NCBI GenBank assembly: GCA_013265495.1
Contig: MU061578.1
Coordinates: forward strand, 443,308 to 507,307
Direction of reading: 5' to 3'
Length of the DNA stretch: 64,000 nucleotides
Source: Vicugna vicugna
Taxonomy: Eukaryota
The notes beneath the pieces are model-generated. The model worked only from the letters and a program-made list of their open reading frames with translations. It did not search any database and was not told the DNA's origin. Made by a program: the position numbers and the translations under genes. Below are positions 26,128 to 39,149 of this stretch, one piece after another (position 1 is the first letter of the stretch; each line of letters starts with the position of its first letter).

Positions 26128-26285
26128 GTTTTTTTAAGCACTTTATTAAGGTGTGATTGACATACAAAAAGCTGTACAAATGCAATGTATACAACTTGAT
26201 GAGTTTGAGATAAGTATCCACCCACGAGACCATCACCACAGTCTATGCTATAAACATACGCGTAACTTCCAAAGCTTTCCTTCTG
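26128..26285 (-). mobile_element. L1MA/L1MB-type 3' end
   Basis: 'ctttattaaggtgtgattgacatacaaaaagctgtac...aatgtatacaacttgatgagttt'. Confidence 0.8.
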
Positions 26286-26544
26286 CTCTGGTAGGTCTTA
26301 TGTCAAGTGGTCAATGTCTTTTGACCAGATTAATAGTTGAGTTATTGGGTGTTGTGTTCTGAGATATTTCTTCTTTAAAAGTCATTTCACTACGACTTGT
26401 GCTTTTTAGAAATATAGTCCACTTCTGGGTGGAAATTTTACCAGAGTATTATGATGTACATGTAAACAGAGGTAAACAGTTTACTTTTTGAGAGCATTTC
26501 AGGTATTACTATTTCCTTTCTTGTCTAGTGTGAGTATCGGTATT

Positions 26545-26760
26545 TCAGAGCACATGATCCAGAGTCAGATTATGTGGACTTGAATCCACACACAAGCCAA
26601 GGAAGCTACTCAACCTCTTTTTAAAAGATGTTTCCTCATCTTTTTGATGGAAATAATAATAGCAGGCATCTCCTGGAGTTGTGGTGAGGACTAAGTAGAA
26701 ATAAAGCAGGTGAATTTTTTGTCCAAGAGTCCCTGGCATATCAGAAGCACCAACTGTATT
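26545..26760 (+). mobile_element. MIR SINE
   Basis: 'gtttcctcatctttttgatggaaataataatagc...gttgtggtgaggactaa...cctggcatat'. Confidence 0.75.
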
Positions 26761-28929
26761 TCAATGATCGTTATTAGATATTGATTTCCCACAGCAACCA
26801 TTTCCAGAAGATAAATATTCATCTCTACACATAACAGCTGAGGATACCGAGATTTTAAAAGGTGGAGAAGGTTGTCTGCTGTGACACAGAAAGCGAGGAA
26901 CTAATCCAAGGCACAGGGTAAGATCTGCTTTTTCCCCAGGGTGAGCTCTTTCATTCATGTTTAGGCAACGCTGTGGTATAGAGGCTCCAAAGGAAGAAAA
27001 TGCAGTGAAAGATTGAGGGGGAAGCTGATGGGTGGAGGAGACAGTGATGTCTGAGTATCACCTGTATCAGATCAGAATTAGGTCCCAGCACAAATTCTGT
27101 CAAAATATGACCCCCTTTTAGAACATAGCTCAAAGCCCTGGGATTCTAAATTCCATTCTAAGCGCAAGCCAGATATTCAGAAAGATCTGAATTCCTATCA
27201 GGCACCAGAGGTCCATAATACTGGCGAACAGAAGGTCACTCAGCTATAAATAAATAGATTTGTTTGTTGAAACTGTGCCACCACTTCATTTTAAACAGCG
27301 CTGGGTGGCGAATCCAATGGTGGAAACGGGAGGCATTGGTTTGTCTGAAGTTCCATAATTAAAATCTGAACAGAATGCCTACTTTGTCCAAATAGAATCC
27401 TGCAGCTACAATCCCAGCCACCCCTGTTATGAGGGTCCTAGGTCTTTCTGTCTGGCTATAGGAAAGTTCTGGGGTGGGAATAGGTAAGCTTACACTTACG
27501 CTTGGGATCCTACTCTGCAAAAGTTCCCTTGGTTCTAACTGAAGATGCAGGCAAAATCATCTCATGCATATACCTCTTAAGACCTGTTTTTGTTTGATTG
27601 GTTTGTTTTGCTCTTGTTTTTATTTGTTTACCCCTACAGATGACACTTTTTTATCCAGGGTTATTTAAAGAGCAGTACTCTTTGTAAATGCTCAGGAGAA
27701 CACAAACTGTTGCAATGACATGTCTTTCTGATCAACACATTTTCCCCCCTGACACAGAGGGCATTAAAGTCCTGCTATGTCCATCAGAAGCTCTAAAATA
27801 TATTGCACGCAGTCATAGGAGACACACATGAAGAATTCATTTGCCTTGTTCTTTTTTTTTTTCTTAAAGGGGTGATCAGAGACACATAAAGTCTTCATGA
27901 AAAATGGATGGAGTTGAAAAAGCATCCAAATGGACAGAAAACCTTCCAATAACTGGGTCAAAGGTGAGCCAAAGAAAACGGCTCCTGGAGAGAGGCAGCA
28001 ACTCAGCTTGTCATTTGCCCGAGAAACCCAGCTGCCTCTCTGCGCACGTGCAGGAAAGGATCAGCCAGAAAGCCAGCTGCTGCTTTGGGGAAACAGAGGC
28101 TGAGTGCTTGTCATCAAGGCACGGCCTTGGCTCTCCAGGCAATAGATGAACAAGAGGAAATGTTTCTTTTTCTCCATGACACTTCCACTGACCCGTGCAA
28201 TATGCCATTTTCAATCCCTACCCCGATACACATAAACGAAAGACACATCTGAGGCTTTGTGAGGAAGAGAAGCCAAGGTGAAAGGAACGGGAAGTAAACA
28301 CACCAGAACCCCTCACTGTTTCCTTTGCCACAGAACCTCTTTGTGTGTGGCTTGTCCCCAAATCACAACATGCTTTGAGGACGGAGTCCTTTTCAGAGAA
28401 GCTAATTATAAAAACATGGTCTGGCTTGGAAATGGTGAGGTGGTTCCAAATCATTCCAAAGTAGGATCCAGGTCCCTTGTAGCTTTCAGTGTGTCTATTA
28501 AAATTGCCAAGCCCCTTCTGCTTACCATTTTTTATACTCTAGACCTTCCTTGCTACAAAGAACAGTGCTTTTTCGGGACTGGAAAAAAAAGACGGGGGGC
28601 AGAAGGAGAGTTTGAAACTTGCCTAAAGTGGAACTTGTTTTTCATCAAATCAAACAGGCTTTCTTATTTATTTACATTATTTTATTATATATTCAGTAAA
28701 ATGACACCTCTGTGATGCGGACACAAAGGATTTTATGTAGTCAGCAGTATCCTTTCTCTTTTATTGATTCTCTCAATTGTATTAAATCCTACTACTGTTT
28801 TAATCTACCTGTGTTTTAACCAGGGCAGCGAAGGGATGTCAGTTAAGCACTTTAACCCTATAATTCCCCATCACTGCCTGTGACAAGATAGCATGATAAT
28901 TAAGTGCTTAATGTGTATATGGGTTTAGA

Positions 28930-29136
28930 CCAACCAATAGAATTTTCAGTGATAGTGGAAATGTTTTTATACCTGTACAGACCAGTAGCATCATCTAGCC
29001 TCATGTGGCTTTTGAGCCCTTAAAAATGTGCGGCTGGTATGACCGGGGCATTGAAATTTTAATTTTATTAAATTTTAATTGATGCAAAATGAAAGTAGCC
29101 CCACATGGCTTGTGGATACGGTATTAGATACAGCAG
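28930..29136. mobile_element. MER3 hAT-Charlie MITE
   Basis: 'ccaatagaattttcagtgatagtggaaatgtt...cacatggcttgtggatacggtattagatacagcag'. Confidence 0.85.
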
Positions 29137-29538
29137 ATCTAGAATCGTGAAAAAAAAAAAAAGTCAAAGACTCAGGTACCCTCCCCCTCCATATGGGAAA
29201 GGGCTCTGAGCCCAGACCAACTTTGTCAATTGATTTGTATGTTCAACTCAGAAAAGTTACCAAATGTCCCTGAACCCTGGTTTTCGCATGCGTAAGATGG
29301 GTGCCTGCCTCACGTTGTTACGTACGGCTGAAGCAGCGAGGGGACATCAAAATGCTTAACTCATTATAGCACTTCGTGCAACAGTAAAGTTTAGAGCGGA
29401 CAGTAAATGAAGTAGACTTCCCTCCTTGGTCTTTATTTTAGCCTTTGGGAGGACTCTGGATGCCATAGTAAGTAGCTTGTTCTTACACTAATCCCACTTT
29501 ACAAATGTGGAAGATGATGCATAAAAAGATGAGGTCAC

Positions 29539-29730
29539 ATACAAACTACTCTGTGTAAAACAGACAAACAAGGCCCTGCTGTATAGCACAGGGAACTTAC
29601 TCAATATCTCATAATATAATGGAAAAGAATATGAAAAGGAATATATGCATAATATAAATCACTATCCTGACAACCAGAAACTGATGCAACATTGTAAATC
29701 AACTATCTATACTTCCATTAAAAAAAAAAA
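29539..29730 (+). mobile_element. Truncated L1 3' end inserted in a MIR
   Basis: 'gtatagcacagggaact' motif and poly(A); TSD aaagatgaggtcac / agagatgaagtcac. Confidence 0.88.
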
Positions 29731-29877
29731 GAGAGATGAAGTCACTTTCTTACTCAGGCAGTGAGTGATGAGGGTGATACTTGAAAGCAGGCATTTAGCT
29801 TCTAAGTTCTTATCCCAATAATGACTCCCCAGAGCCCAGGCTAATTTATGGGTGCCTTTTTCAGCACCCATTTCCTC

Positions 29878-30023
29878 TTTTTTGTTTTGTTTTGGGTTTT
29901 GGTGTTTTTGTGTGTGTGATGGGGTAATTAAGGTTTATTTATTTATTAACTATTATTTTTTAAATTTAATGGAGGTACTGGGGATTGAACTGAGCTATAC
30001 CCACTGAGCTATACCCTCCCCCC
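29878..30023 (-). mobile_element. vic-1-type tRNA-Ala-derived SINE, internally rearranged
   Basis: 'ggggtaattaaggtttatttattt...ggaggtactggggattgaac...ccactgagctataccctcccc'; anticodon-arm segment missing. Confidence 0.85.
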
Positions 30024-30089
30024 TCCCATTTTTTCTTATCTGCTATAATTCCTAAAGGTTTGAACCAAATGTCTAGACTGACTAGTATT

Positions 30090-30486
30090 AAGTCAATTAG
30101 CACATCTTCTGCTGATCACATGACATACAAGGGCATATGATACCTTTCAGGTCAATGAAATTAAGACATTTACTGGGGCCTTTGGGTTGAGAAGTTTCCC
30201 CTCTTGCTTGTTATAATTTGGCAAATTTATAATTCTGGTGACTTCCAACAAACATTTTGTAACCAACACTGTACCTTTGTTAAGCATGAAACAAACATTA
30301 TGAAGAGCAGTGCACAGGGGCAGAAAAAATTTGGGCCTTTGGTGATACTGGTAATCTGCCTGATCCAGCTTTACCTGTAGTCCACTCTACAGCTGGACTT
30401 TGCATTAAATAGAATTATACTGTAAAACAGTAAATATTTTTGTTGCTGCTGCTGTAACTAACCATGGAAAGCAATCCTGACTAATA
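30090..30486 (+). mobile_element. Old MaLR LTR (MLT1J/K/L-like)
   Basis: 'cctgatccagctttacctgtagtccactctacagctggacttt...aaagcaatcctgactaata'. Confidence 0.6.
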
Positions 30487-31242
30487 GTCATGTCTTGCAC
30501 AAACTCAAAACTTCATAACCCAGAAAATCTATCCATCATTTAAAAGTCAAAGTTTGAAACTAACAAACACACAAAGAAAGTGTTGCCTTTAGCTCAGAGA
30601 CATGGGTCTCTGCTCTGGCATTTGGAATGAGGTCTCCATAACAAGGGATAACAGATTAGCTCTGCAGCAAGCAACAGCAGCGCATTAAAAGAATATTAAG
30701 GTTGTGACAGGAAATGATATTAGTAAAAGCAATTCCTTGGGAAGGGAGAGGCACCATATGTGCAGTCAACACTGAGATGCGAGAGCAGGGGGGTGGGTAA
30801 AATTAGGAAAGCCATTAAAGAGACTCCCCATTGTGCCCAGGAGTTAGAAGACATATGGTGCCTTTGCCCCGAGATGGGAGGTTTCATTTCTCTTGGTTTC
30901 CTACTTTATACTCATCCTATGTAACTCACGAAGAAGACAGAAATAATAGCTGAACAAGAATCAGCGATGAGGGTCCTTATACTGTGGTGACTCAGTGGGA
31001 CTGGGGAGATGGATGGTGCTGGAGAGAGCACCGGGTGATGTGTTCTCAGGCCAGGGTTAACCCTGTGACCTTGGTCAATCCCTCGAACTTTCTAGCCCTG
31101 GTTGCCCCATCTGAGAAGAAGAGAAAGGACAATGCTTTAGCCACAGTAAAACATTGCCCTTTCCCCCCAAAATCACGCATTGTCTTGACTCCGGGATTTT
31201 GTTGTTATGCTCCCTCTGTCTGCACACTTTCCCCCCTATCCC

Positions 31243-31418
31243 TTTTTTTTTAATTTAAATTTTATTTTTATTTATTTAAAAAAAATTGGGGGAGGAGTAG
31301 GTAATTAGGTTTCTCTATTTATTACTTTTGGTGGAGGTACTGGGGATTGAACCCTGGACCTCATGCATGCTAGGCATGCACTCGACCACTGAGCTATGCC
31401 CTTTGTCCCTCTCCCCCT
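31243..31418 (-). mobile_element. vic-1-type tRNA-Ala-derived SINE
   Basis: Reverse complement gggcatagctcagtggtcgagtgcatgcctagcatgcatgaggtccagggttcaatccccagtacctcc has A/B boxes and a tRNA-Ala-like body, followed by 'aaacctaattacct' and an A-rich tail. Confidence 0.88.
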
Positions 31419-33032
31419 CATTATCCATTTTTAACTGTTACTTTCAGCTCAAGTATCACCTTCCTTATGAAGCCCTTTCTGATCTGTACTAAATGTCTTC
31501 TCTTTGACTTGTACCTGCCCTAGGACTTATCACACGATGCTGGTGTGGCCTCTTCATTATCAACAGAAGCTCAAGTATGCATAGATCTCCACTTTCCTAC
31601 ACTCGTACCATACACTGAGTTCCCTGAAGTCAGGGGTCATGTTGGTGCATCACTGTGTTTCGAGGGTAACTCAGTACAGGACCAGCATGGGTAGGTGATC
31701 AAATTAACTAGGCTGTGGCAACATCCCTGGTGCCTCTGTCAGCTCACTGTCCCGTTCTCTTCACTGTAACTGGAAGGATCTTCCCCCCGTCCCCTGCCAA
31801 CCACCTCAGATCGCCTTTTGACCTTCCCCTTGATCTCAGAAGAGGTCTTTGACTCCTTTGGTGCATTTGAGGATGAATATGGTGAAAATGCATTCTCTCT
31901 TTGTTTATTTTCAATCAAAAGAGACTGAAAAATCAAACAGACTTGGAAGAAGTCACAAGGTATATCACTGCGAACATCTACCAGGAAATGGGAGAGAGGA
32001 GGTAGGACACCTTTTATGTGCAGGTGTTAGAAGTATTTGCTCCACCCAATCAAGAAACAGGTATGGGAGTTTTACCCTCATTGATCAGACAGATCTCTCC
32101 TCTGAAATGGAGTGAAGACATTGTAAATGTTTCCTTATGGAAACATCATATGAAAAACAGTAGAGTTTCTCTTCTTGTCCTATATCATAGAGAGAGTATC
32201 TAGACTTGCATGTTTAGTCCTTTTTGTCCTCTTCTGTCTTTGCTTCTGTAACAACTGAAGGGGAAAGTTCCTTCGGCCCAGGGCTGTTCCCCTCTTCCCA
32301 CAACCACCAGGGGGCTTCCCCTTCCTCCTTTTCATCCCTTGCTGATTCCGATGCATCCTCAATTCCCAAGACCTGTTTCTAAACAGAATTCAGTGCCTGT
32401 ACAAAGAAGCTTTCATTGGTCATTCTTAATAATTAATATGGCACTTTCACTGCGAATTTGTCATCAAGGAAATATAACTGATTCTCAGATAAAGAGACAT
32501 TGAGAGATGGGTTAGAAAGATAAAGGAAAGCAAGTTTCCCCAAACATACACTCTCCTGGATTATCTTAACCTCTTGCTTCCACTGCTCTTTGGTGCCTTT
32601 GAGTGATATTAAAATGGCAGTGGCCAGCCCCAAACACCTCCTCCCTCCTACAGTCTAGCCAACCACCCCTGCTCCATTTTGTCAACAGTTCTACCATGCA
32701 CTTGGACTGACCAATTGCTGGGGAACATTTTAAGTGACAGTCTTCCAGGTCTGGAGAAGTTACAAACTGCTCAACCCAAGTGAATATTTGAGTTGTCGAG
32801 ATAATGGATATAGTCATATACGTCAACTCACCACCAAAGCATCGGCCTCTAAATGCCCTTTCTCAGTCAGATGCCAAGGGGGCTAGGTACTGAACTCAAG
32901 AATACGTGGACTCAGCCATGTAGCAAATAGCAAAAGAAGAAAGTGCAGTGAATGACAGCCGCAGTCACATTAACGCTGAAGTCTATCTCCGTTAATGAAT
33001 GTATTATATCTTCCACAACAGATACCCATTTG

Positions 33033-33573
33033 TAAAGAAGATGTGGTATGTGTGTGTGTCTATGTATGTGCGTGTGTATGTGTATGTGTATATATATATA
33101 CACACATACACACACACACATATATATATAAAATGGAATATTGAAACAAGACCACTTGCAGCAACATGGGTGGTTCTAGAGATTGTCATACTAAGTGAAG
33201 TTAGAAAGTTAAAGACAAATACCAAATGACATGACTTCTATGTGGAAACTAAAAAAAATGATATAAAGGAACTTACTTTCAAAGCAGAAACAGACTCACA
33301 GACATAGAAAACAATCTTATGAGTATCAAAGGAGAAGGGGAGTGGCCGGGATAAATTAGGAGTATGGGATTAACAGATATACACCACCATATATAAAATA
33401 TAAACAATAAATATAAGCTATATATCAAAAGATAAACAATAAGGACCTACTGTATAGCATAGCGAACTATATTTAATATCTTGCAATAACCTATAATGGA
33501 AAAGAGTGTTACTAACACAACATTGCAAATCAACTATACTTCAATATAAAACACATATATACATATATATATG
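33033..33573 (+). mobile_element. Truncated L1 3' end with internal TG/TA/CA microsatellite
   Basis: ORF2 end (AATWVVLEIVILSEV) and 3'UTR; TSD agatacccatttg / agatatccatttg. Confidence 0.9.
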
Positions 33574-34539
33574 AGATATCCATTTGGTTAAGAGTTATAT
33601 CTATAGTAATACCTACCCTTGTTCTTAAGACAAGCTGCAATTATTTGTTTGTTTATCCTTTTCCTTCAGCAAACACCTAAGAGGGAAGGAGAGCCCAAAG
33701 GATAAGTCATGGGTAAGATCTGAACTGAGTCTGCTATCATCCAGGATATGAATGCAGGTAAGATTCTTCTTACTTGATGCAAGTAGTAGCTGGGACACCT
33801 GCAAAATACAGTGAACCATCTCCAAAGGTTCAGCTGCCACCCATGACTGGGGAGTGTTGCAAGTTCACAGCCACCTTGTCAGTCCCATGTTCCACTCACT
33901 CTGATGTTCAACTTTGTCTCCACTTCTACGTATGCGTTAAAAGCAGATAACCATTCCAGCAAATGGGGATTTAACGATAATGGAGTATGGCACGGCTGAG
34001 GGCTGAGACAGTATATTGCCATTTGAGTTTCTCTTTTCCCAAATTTCCTCAAGTGCCTTACCCACCCAAAGCTCGCCCTTCACAACTGCGAACATGTTTA
34101 AGTTTGTGACTGCACCTGATAAAAGAGAAATCATGCAGGCGGCAAAGTGGTTTGATGCTTACTGTTTTCAGGAGCAATTTCACGGGGCTGCTGAATGCAT
34201 CAGAAGCTTTATTCTGGGGAGAGATATCGTTGAGTGTCAGATCCCAATCAAGAATTTGAAGAAGGATCTTCAAAGTTATCCATCAGCTGGAGATGTGAGG
34301 CATTAAAGTAGTTGCTGGCTGTGTTAGATGCATGCACGCCCAAGCTTCAGAGAAATGAGACAGCAGGTATGCATAAACCTGAGAGTCCATTTAATGGAAT
34401 CCAGTGCCTCCCTGCCTAGTGCCACCATTCCCATTTAAGATGAGGAAACGGATATCTCAAGAGGAGACGTACCATATGTAAGTTCTCAAGGCCAAATAAG
34501 ATTTCTCTCAGGGGAAAAGCAAAAGCATTGCTCTGAGCG

Positions 34540-34982
34540 AATGCTGATACCCTGCCCAGATCCTCTTATCTTTAATGCTTCAGCGAAAGTTGGCCAGACA
34601 TCCAACTACAAGCACATGCACTTGATTGTCTGATGGCTTCCTTTAGCCACCGATGTCCACTGTGCCCACTGGATGGCAGGCTGGAAGACCTGAGGAATCC
34701 ACATCGTGCCCAAGTGTGCCTCCACCAATGGCTCAGCCCTCAGACGGGATAATGTGAAGATGCGTCCTGCAGTGGCTACCAGAGTCTCCCCAGAGATTAC
34801 TCTCCAGTCACCCATGGCAGTAACTGACTTAGTAATGCACCCTGTATTGTCTGACTTCCTTTATCCATCTTAGTTCCTTACTTGCTGTCTGATGTCTGGT
34901 AATTTCTTCAACTTCCAACTAAACTCAACTTTAATTTTTTTTTTTCTTAAGGTCTGCTTTTAAGAGATTCCAAATTGAGACA
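34540..34982 (+). mobile_element. LTR16-like ERVL solo LTR
   Basis: 'ctccagtcacccatggcagtaactgacttagtaatgcaccctgtattg...aggtctgcttttaagagattccaaattgagaca'. Confidence 0.7.
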
Positions 34983-36789
34983 GTCCTATCTACTTCAGAT
35001 GATATGGACCCAGCTCTCACCCATGTTCACTAAAAAAGTCACAATTTCCATTTCCAAAAGTCACAATCACCAAGAACTGGATCTTCAAATGGATGGAAAA
35101 ATCCCAGAATGACTCAGCTATGGTTTCCTCTGAACAGAAGGGTAAGAGTCTGGAGAAGGATACAATCCTGCATTTCAGCACCTACTAGAGGAGTGGACAG
35201 CACAAGGTGAACAGGAAGACTGAGTGGACTTGGGCACCTGTCCCCTCGTTGTCTTTAAGGGAAGCATATATGGGAATTTTGAAAGGGACTCACTCATGGC
35301 CAGTCACAGATAATGCCAGATATTTACCAGATGAAGACTGTGAGAGAATCATGTCACCTAATTTTTAAAAAAGTCCACTGGAGATTTTATTTTCACAAAA
35401 TTAGTATTTTGATGTGTCCAGAGAATAAAATCCTTCCATGACTTTCCTTAGAAGCTGCATGTACAACAGACAAACTGTAAAAGTATCTTTAATCTACTGT
35501 GTCCTAAAACAGGAGTCAGAAGTTAAGCTTCGTGAATCTGTCCAGCAAGCACAGCTGAGTAGTGTTTTACATTCAGTTGCTTTTCTTCGGAAGGAACATT
35601 GCTAATCGTTATGAGGTTTATAATAATCAAACCTAGTTATCCGAGATTCCATGTTAGATTAGAAGAGTGAAAATGATAATCCTGGCTGGTAGCATATGCT
35701 TGAGCATTTTATCAAGGGAATGCAACCCCTGGAAATCCAGACTGCAAGATAAAATCACTCTAAGTCATGTACATAAACAGTTCAGTGCAGTGCCAGACTC
35801 GCCTCAGCTGCTCAGGACTTGTGGACAGTTTTCCTTATTTCCACCCAAGTGTGGAAAAGGAACGGTATCAACCGCAAATTCAGTGACATCAGCAATGAAC
35901 GCCGACGTGCACACTGCCTTCGGAAAGAGCTAACAGGAAGGTGAATACATTTCTGAAAACCAGGTGGGGCCGTTTGTGAGCAGAGGCTGCACATTTGCAG
36001 TTTTCCTGGTGATATTCTGCGACGTGATCCGGAAAGCCACCTTTGAGAGGGTTTTCACTCAAGGCTATGACGCTATCCTTGTTTGGTTCCATACCTTGGA
36101 ATTGAACAATGGTACTCAGTTGACTAGGAAAACTTGGTACTTATGCCATGTAAGTATTTGTAGAGGTTAAAGAAGTTTGCCACTGGAAAAAACTAGGAGG
36201 GTAAAGGGAGGTTTAACCAAAAATACTAAATTCAACTTTACACCCAGTGACTCGAGCCAACACTTGAGTTAATGAAGCATTTTCCCCTTCTCTCTTTCTC
36301 TCTCTCATCTGTCTCTATCTCTCTTAAATAGAACAATCCTCATTACCAGTGAAATACAGTGCAGTGAGTTTTTATGTGAAAAAGCTTGTTTCTTATTACC
36401 ATGTTTATTTGAAACCCAGGCAAGTGACCAGCTACGAGAAGAAGCTATCGTTTGTAAGATAAAAGTTCTCTAATTTTCAGAGTTTTGAAGAATGGTGTAC
36501 CTCACCTTTTACTCCCACCTCTTCAATTTAGCAGAAAGGTCTTAAGGTTGCAAGAACCCTTAGTTTAGTCTTGAATATGTCTTGAGATTCTCCACCACAG
36601 GAACAAGACCTCTTGTTGAATGCCTGTACTGACAGGAAACTCACTTCTGTAAAAACCTCACCCATCTAGCTGCAGAAGACTCTAGTGCTTAACACAGCCT
36701 TTTCTGGCTTGAGTGTGTTGGCTTCATTCCCCAAATGGAGTGGGTAGAATTAAAGCATCACTCAAACCCATAAGTCTAAGGATAAATCC

Positions 36790-37330
36790 GTGGTAAGGAA
36801 AAAAATGAGTACAGAAGAAATTCAAATGGCCACTAAACAGGTCAGAGAAGTCAGCCTCATTAGGAAGGCTACACAAATTAAGCAAAAGTGAGATACCATT
36901 CTCTTCTGTTCAACTAGGAAAAGAAAAGACGAAATGCTGATGATAGGGCTGGTTAAGTCAAGGAAATGGGCGTTTGTATACACAGCCACTTTCAATGAAA
37001 ATTGATTTTAATCTCAGGAGGAAGTTTGGCAAAACCTACCTAACACCTTTAACACGTGTGAATTCAATGGTGAAACATTTATGCTTGCAGAAACAGCGCT
37101 TAAGGACCTAAATGTGCAAAAACATTTAAATACCCAGCAGTTCATTCTGGTTTTATTTGAAGTAACAAAATGGCAAATGTTGACATCCCTTACGGTTTAT
37201 CCATATACTTACTACTATTCATCTTCATTAGGATGGTGATTAACTAATAATTATTGACATGGTAATATATTCATAACATATTGTTAAATTTAAAAAGCAG
37301 ATTGAAAGTGCTATGGCTAGGGAAAAAACT
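36790..37330 (+). mobile_element. Old L1ME-like fragment
   Basis: 'acagaagaaattcaaatggccactaaaca...gtgagataccatt' is a degenerate ORF2 C-terminus. Confidence 0.65.
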
Positions 37331-38280
37331 ATACAACACAATTACGGTACAACTGGGGGAATTTGCTAGATATCTGGTGATGGCAAGGAATGACTGTTAC
37401 TTTATGGGTGCAAATATGATAGTGTATTTATTTTATTTAAAACACTACATTAAGAGCCGCTGATTAGAGAGATGGATATGTGCTATATGTGTGTTGGGTT
37501 TTCCTCTGGAAATGACATTCAAGTGAGACGAAAAGAATAAAATAAAATAAGACTCACTGGAATTAAGGCATTGGAAGAGACTTAGTGAATGAAAGAGTTT
37601 AACTATTTGTAGAAGGTGGACAGTGAATGGAACAGTGATCTGGCCAAGCAGAGGGGAGGAAGATACTGTTAAACACCCACTGAGTGATGTGTTAGTGAGA
37701 GTCTCGAAAATTGGTGGCACCGGGAATAGCAGGAAGAGGGTGAAAAATATAGCGAAAAAGGGAATTAGTTATACATTCTGACAGGAGGAGTCAAATCCCA
37801 CATGGCAAAAAGCTCACATCCGTCTTTCACAGACCCAGAGAACTTAGCACCTGTTTCCGGATTATGTTTGATCAAAATGAGATGGGTCTTCTCTATCATT
37901 GGAGGGGTTTGCTATCTAAGTTATGATGAGTCCATAACAAGGCTTTGGGAGGTTTCACCCCCCTGCCCCAGGCTCTAGAAGGGGCTAAACAGCCTGGGAG
38001 TCACCTGATCCTTTAACTTTGGGTAAAATTCTTTACAAAAATCACCTGCATCTAGTGTTTCTGTGGATTTTAAAAAAAAATTTGGACTCCATCACTACAT
38101 TTGCTGATAGTTTGTTTACTTAAATTTTCTTTCACTTCCAGCATCAGTTTTGGTAGTTCATTCTTTTTTTCAGACCAGATAACCCAGAACAGTAACTGCA
38201 GAATTACTTCTGTTCCAGAGCTTCTCTCCACATCTTGTCTCATTTACAGATAGCTTCCTACAAAAATGGCATGTATGTGT

Positions 38281-39149
38281 AAGATGCTCAATGTCACTAA
38301 GTATCAGAGAAGTGAAATCCAAACTACAGTGAGGTATCACCTCACACCAGTCAGAATGGCTTCAATAAAGAGTCCACAAACAATAAATGCTGGAGAGGGT
38401 GTGGAGAAAAGGGAACCCTCCAACATTGTAGGTAAGAATGTAATTTGGTGCAGCCACTATGGAAACCAGTATGGAGATTCCTTAAAAAATTAAAAATGGA
38501 GTTACCATATGATCCAACAATCCCACTCCTGAGCATATATCCAGAAAAAAAACTCTAATTTGAAAAGATACATGCACCTCAGTGTTCATAGAAGCACTAT
38601 TAACAATAAGCAAGACATGGAAGCAACCTAAGTGTCCAACGACAGATGATTGGATAAAAAGATGTGGGGTGTGTGTGTGTGTGTGTAGTGGAATACTACT
38701 CAGCCTTAAGAAAGAATGAAATAATGTCATTTGCAGCAATGTGAATGGACCTAGAGATTATCGTTCTAAGTGAAATAAGTCAGACAGAGAAAGACAAATA
38801 TCATATGATATCACTTATATCTGGAATCTAAAATAATGCCAGAAATGAACTTATTTACAAAATGGAAACAGACTCAAGAGACACAGAAAACAAACTATGG
38901 TTATCAAAGGGGAAAAGGAAGGGTGGGAGGGATAAATCAGGAGTTTGGGATTATCAGACACAAACTACTATATATAAAATAGATAAACCACAAGATCCGA
39001 CTGTATAGCACAGGGAACTATAGTCAATATCTTGTTGTAACCTATAGTGAAAAAGAATACATATATATATATATATATGTAACTGAATCACTATGCTGTA
39101 CACCAGAAACAAACACAACACTGTGAATCAACCAGACTTCAATTTAAGC
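38281..39149 (+). mobile_element. Truncated L1 (ORF2 C-terminus + 3'UTR)
   Basis: [28 protein letters not shown]2 motif; TSD aaatggcatgt / aaatggcgtgt. Confidence 0.93.

Noticed and set aside
28278..28715. 145-aa ORF
   Set aside because: GTG start, no recognisable homology and no supporting exon structure
31333..31402. tRNA-Ala-like sequence
   Set aside because: Mismatched stems and a SINE tail show it is a SINE head, not a tRNA gene
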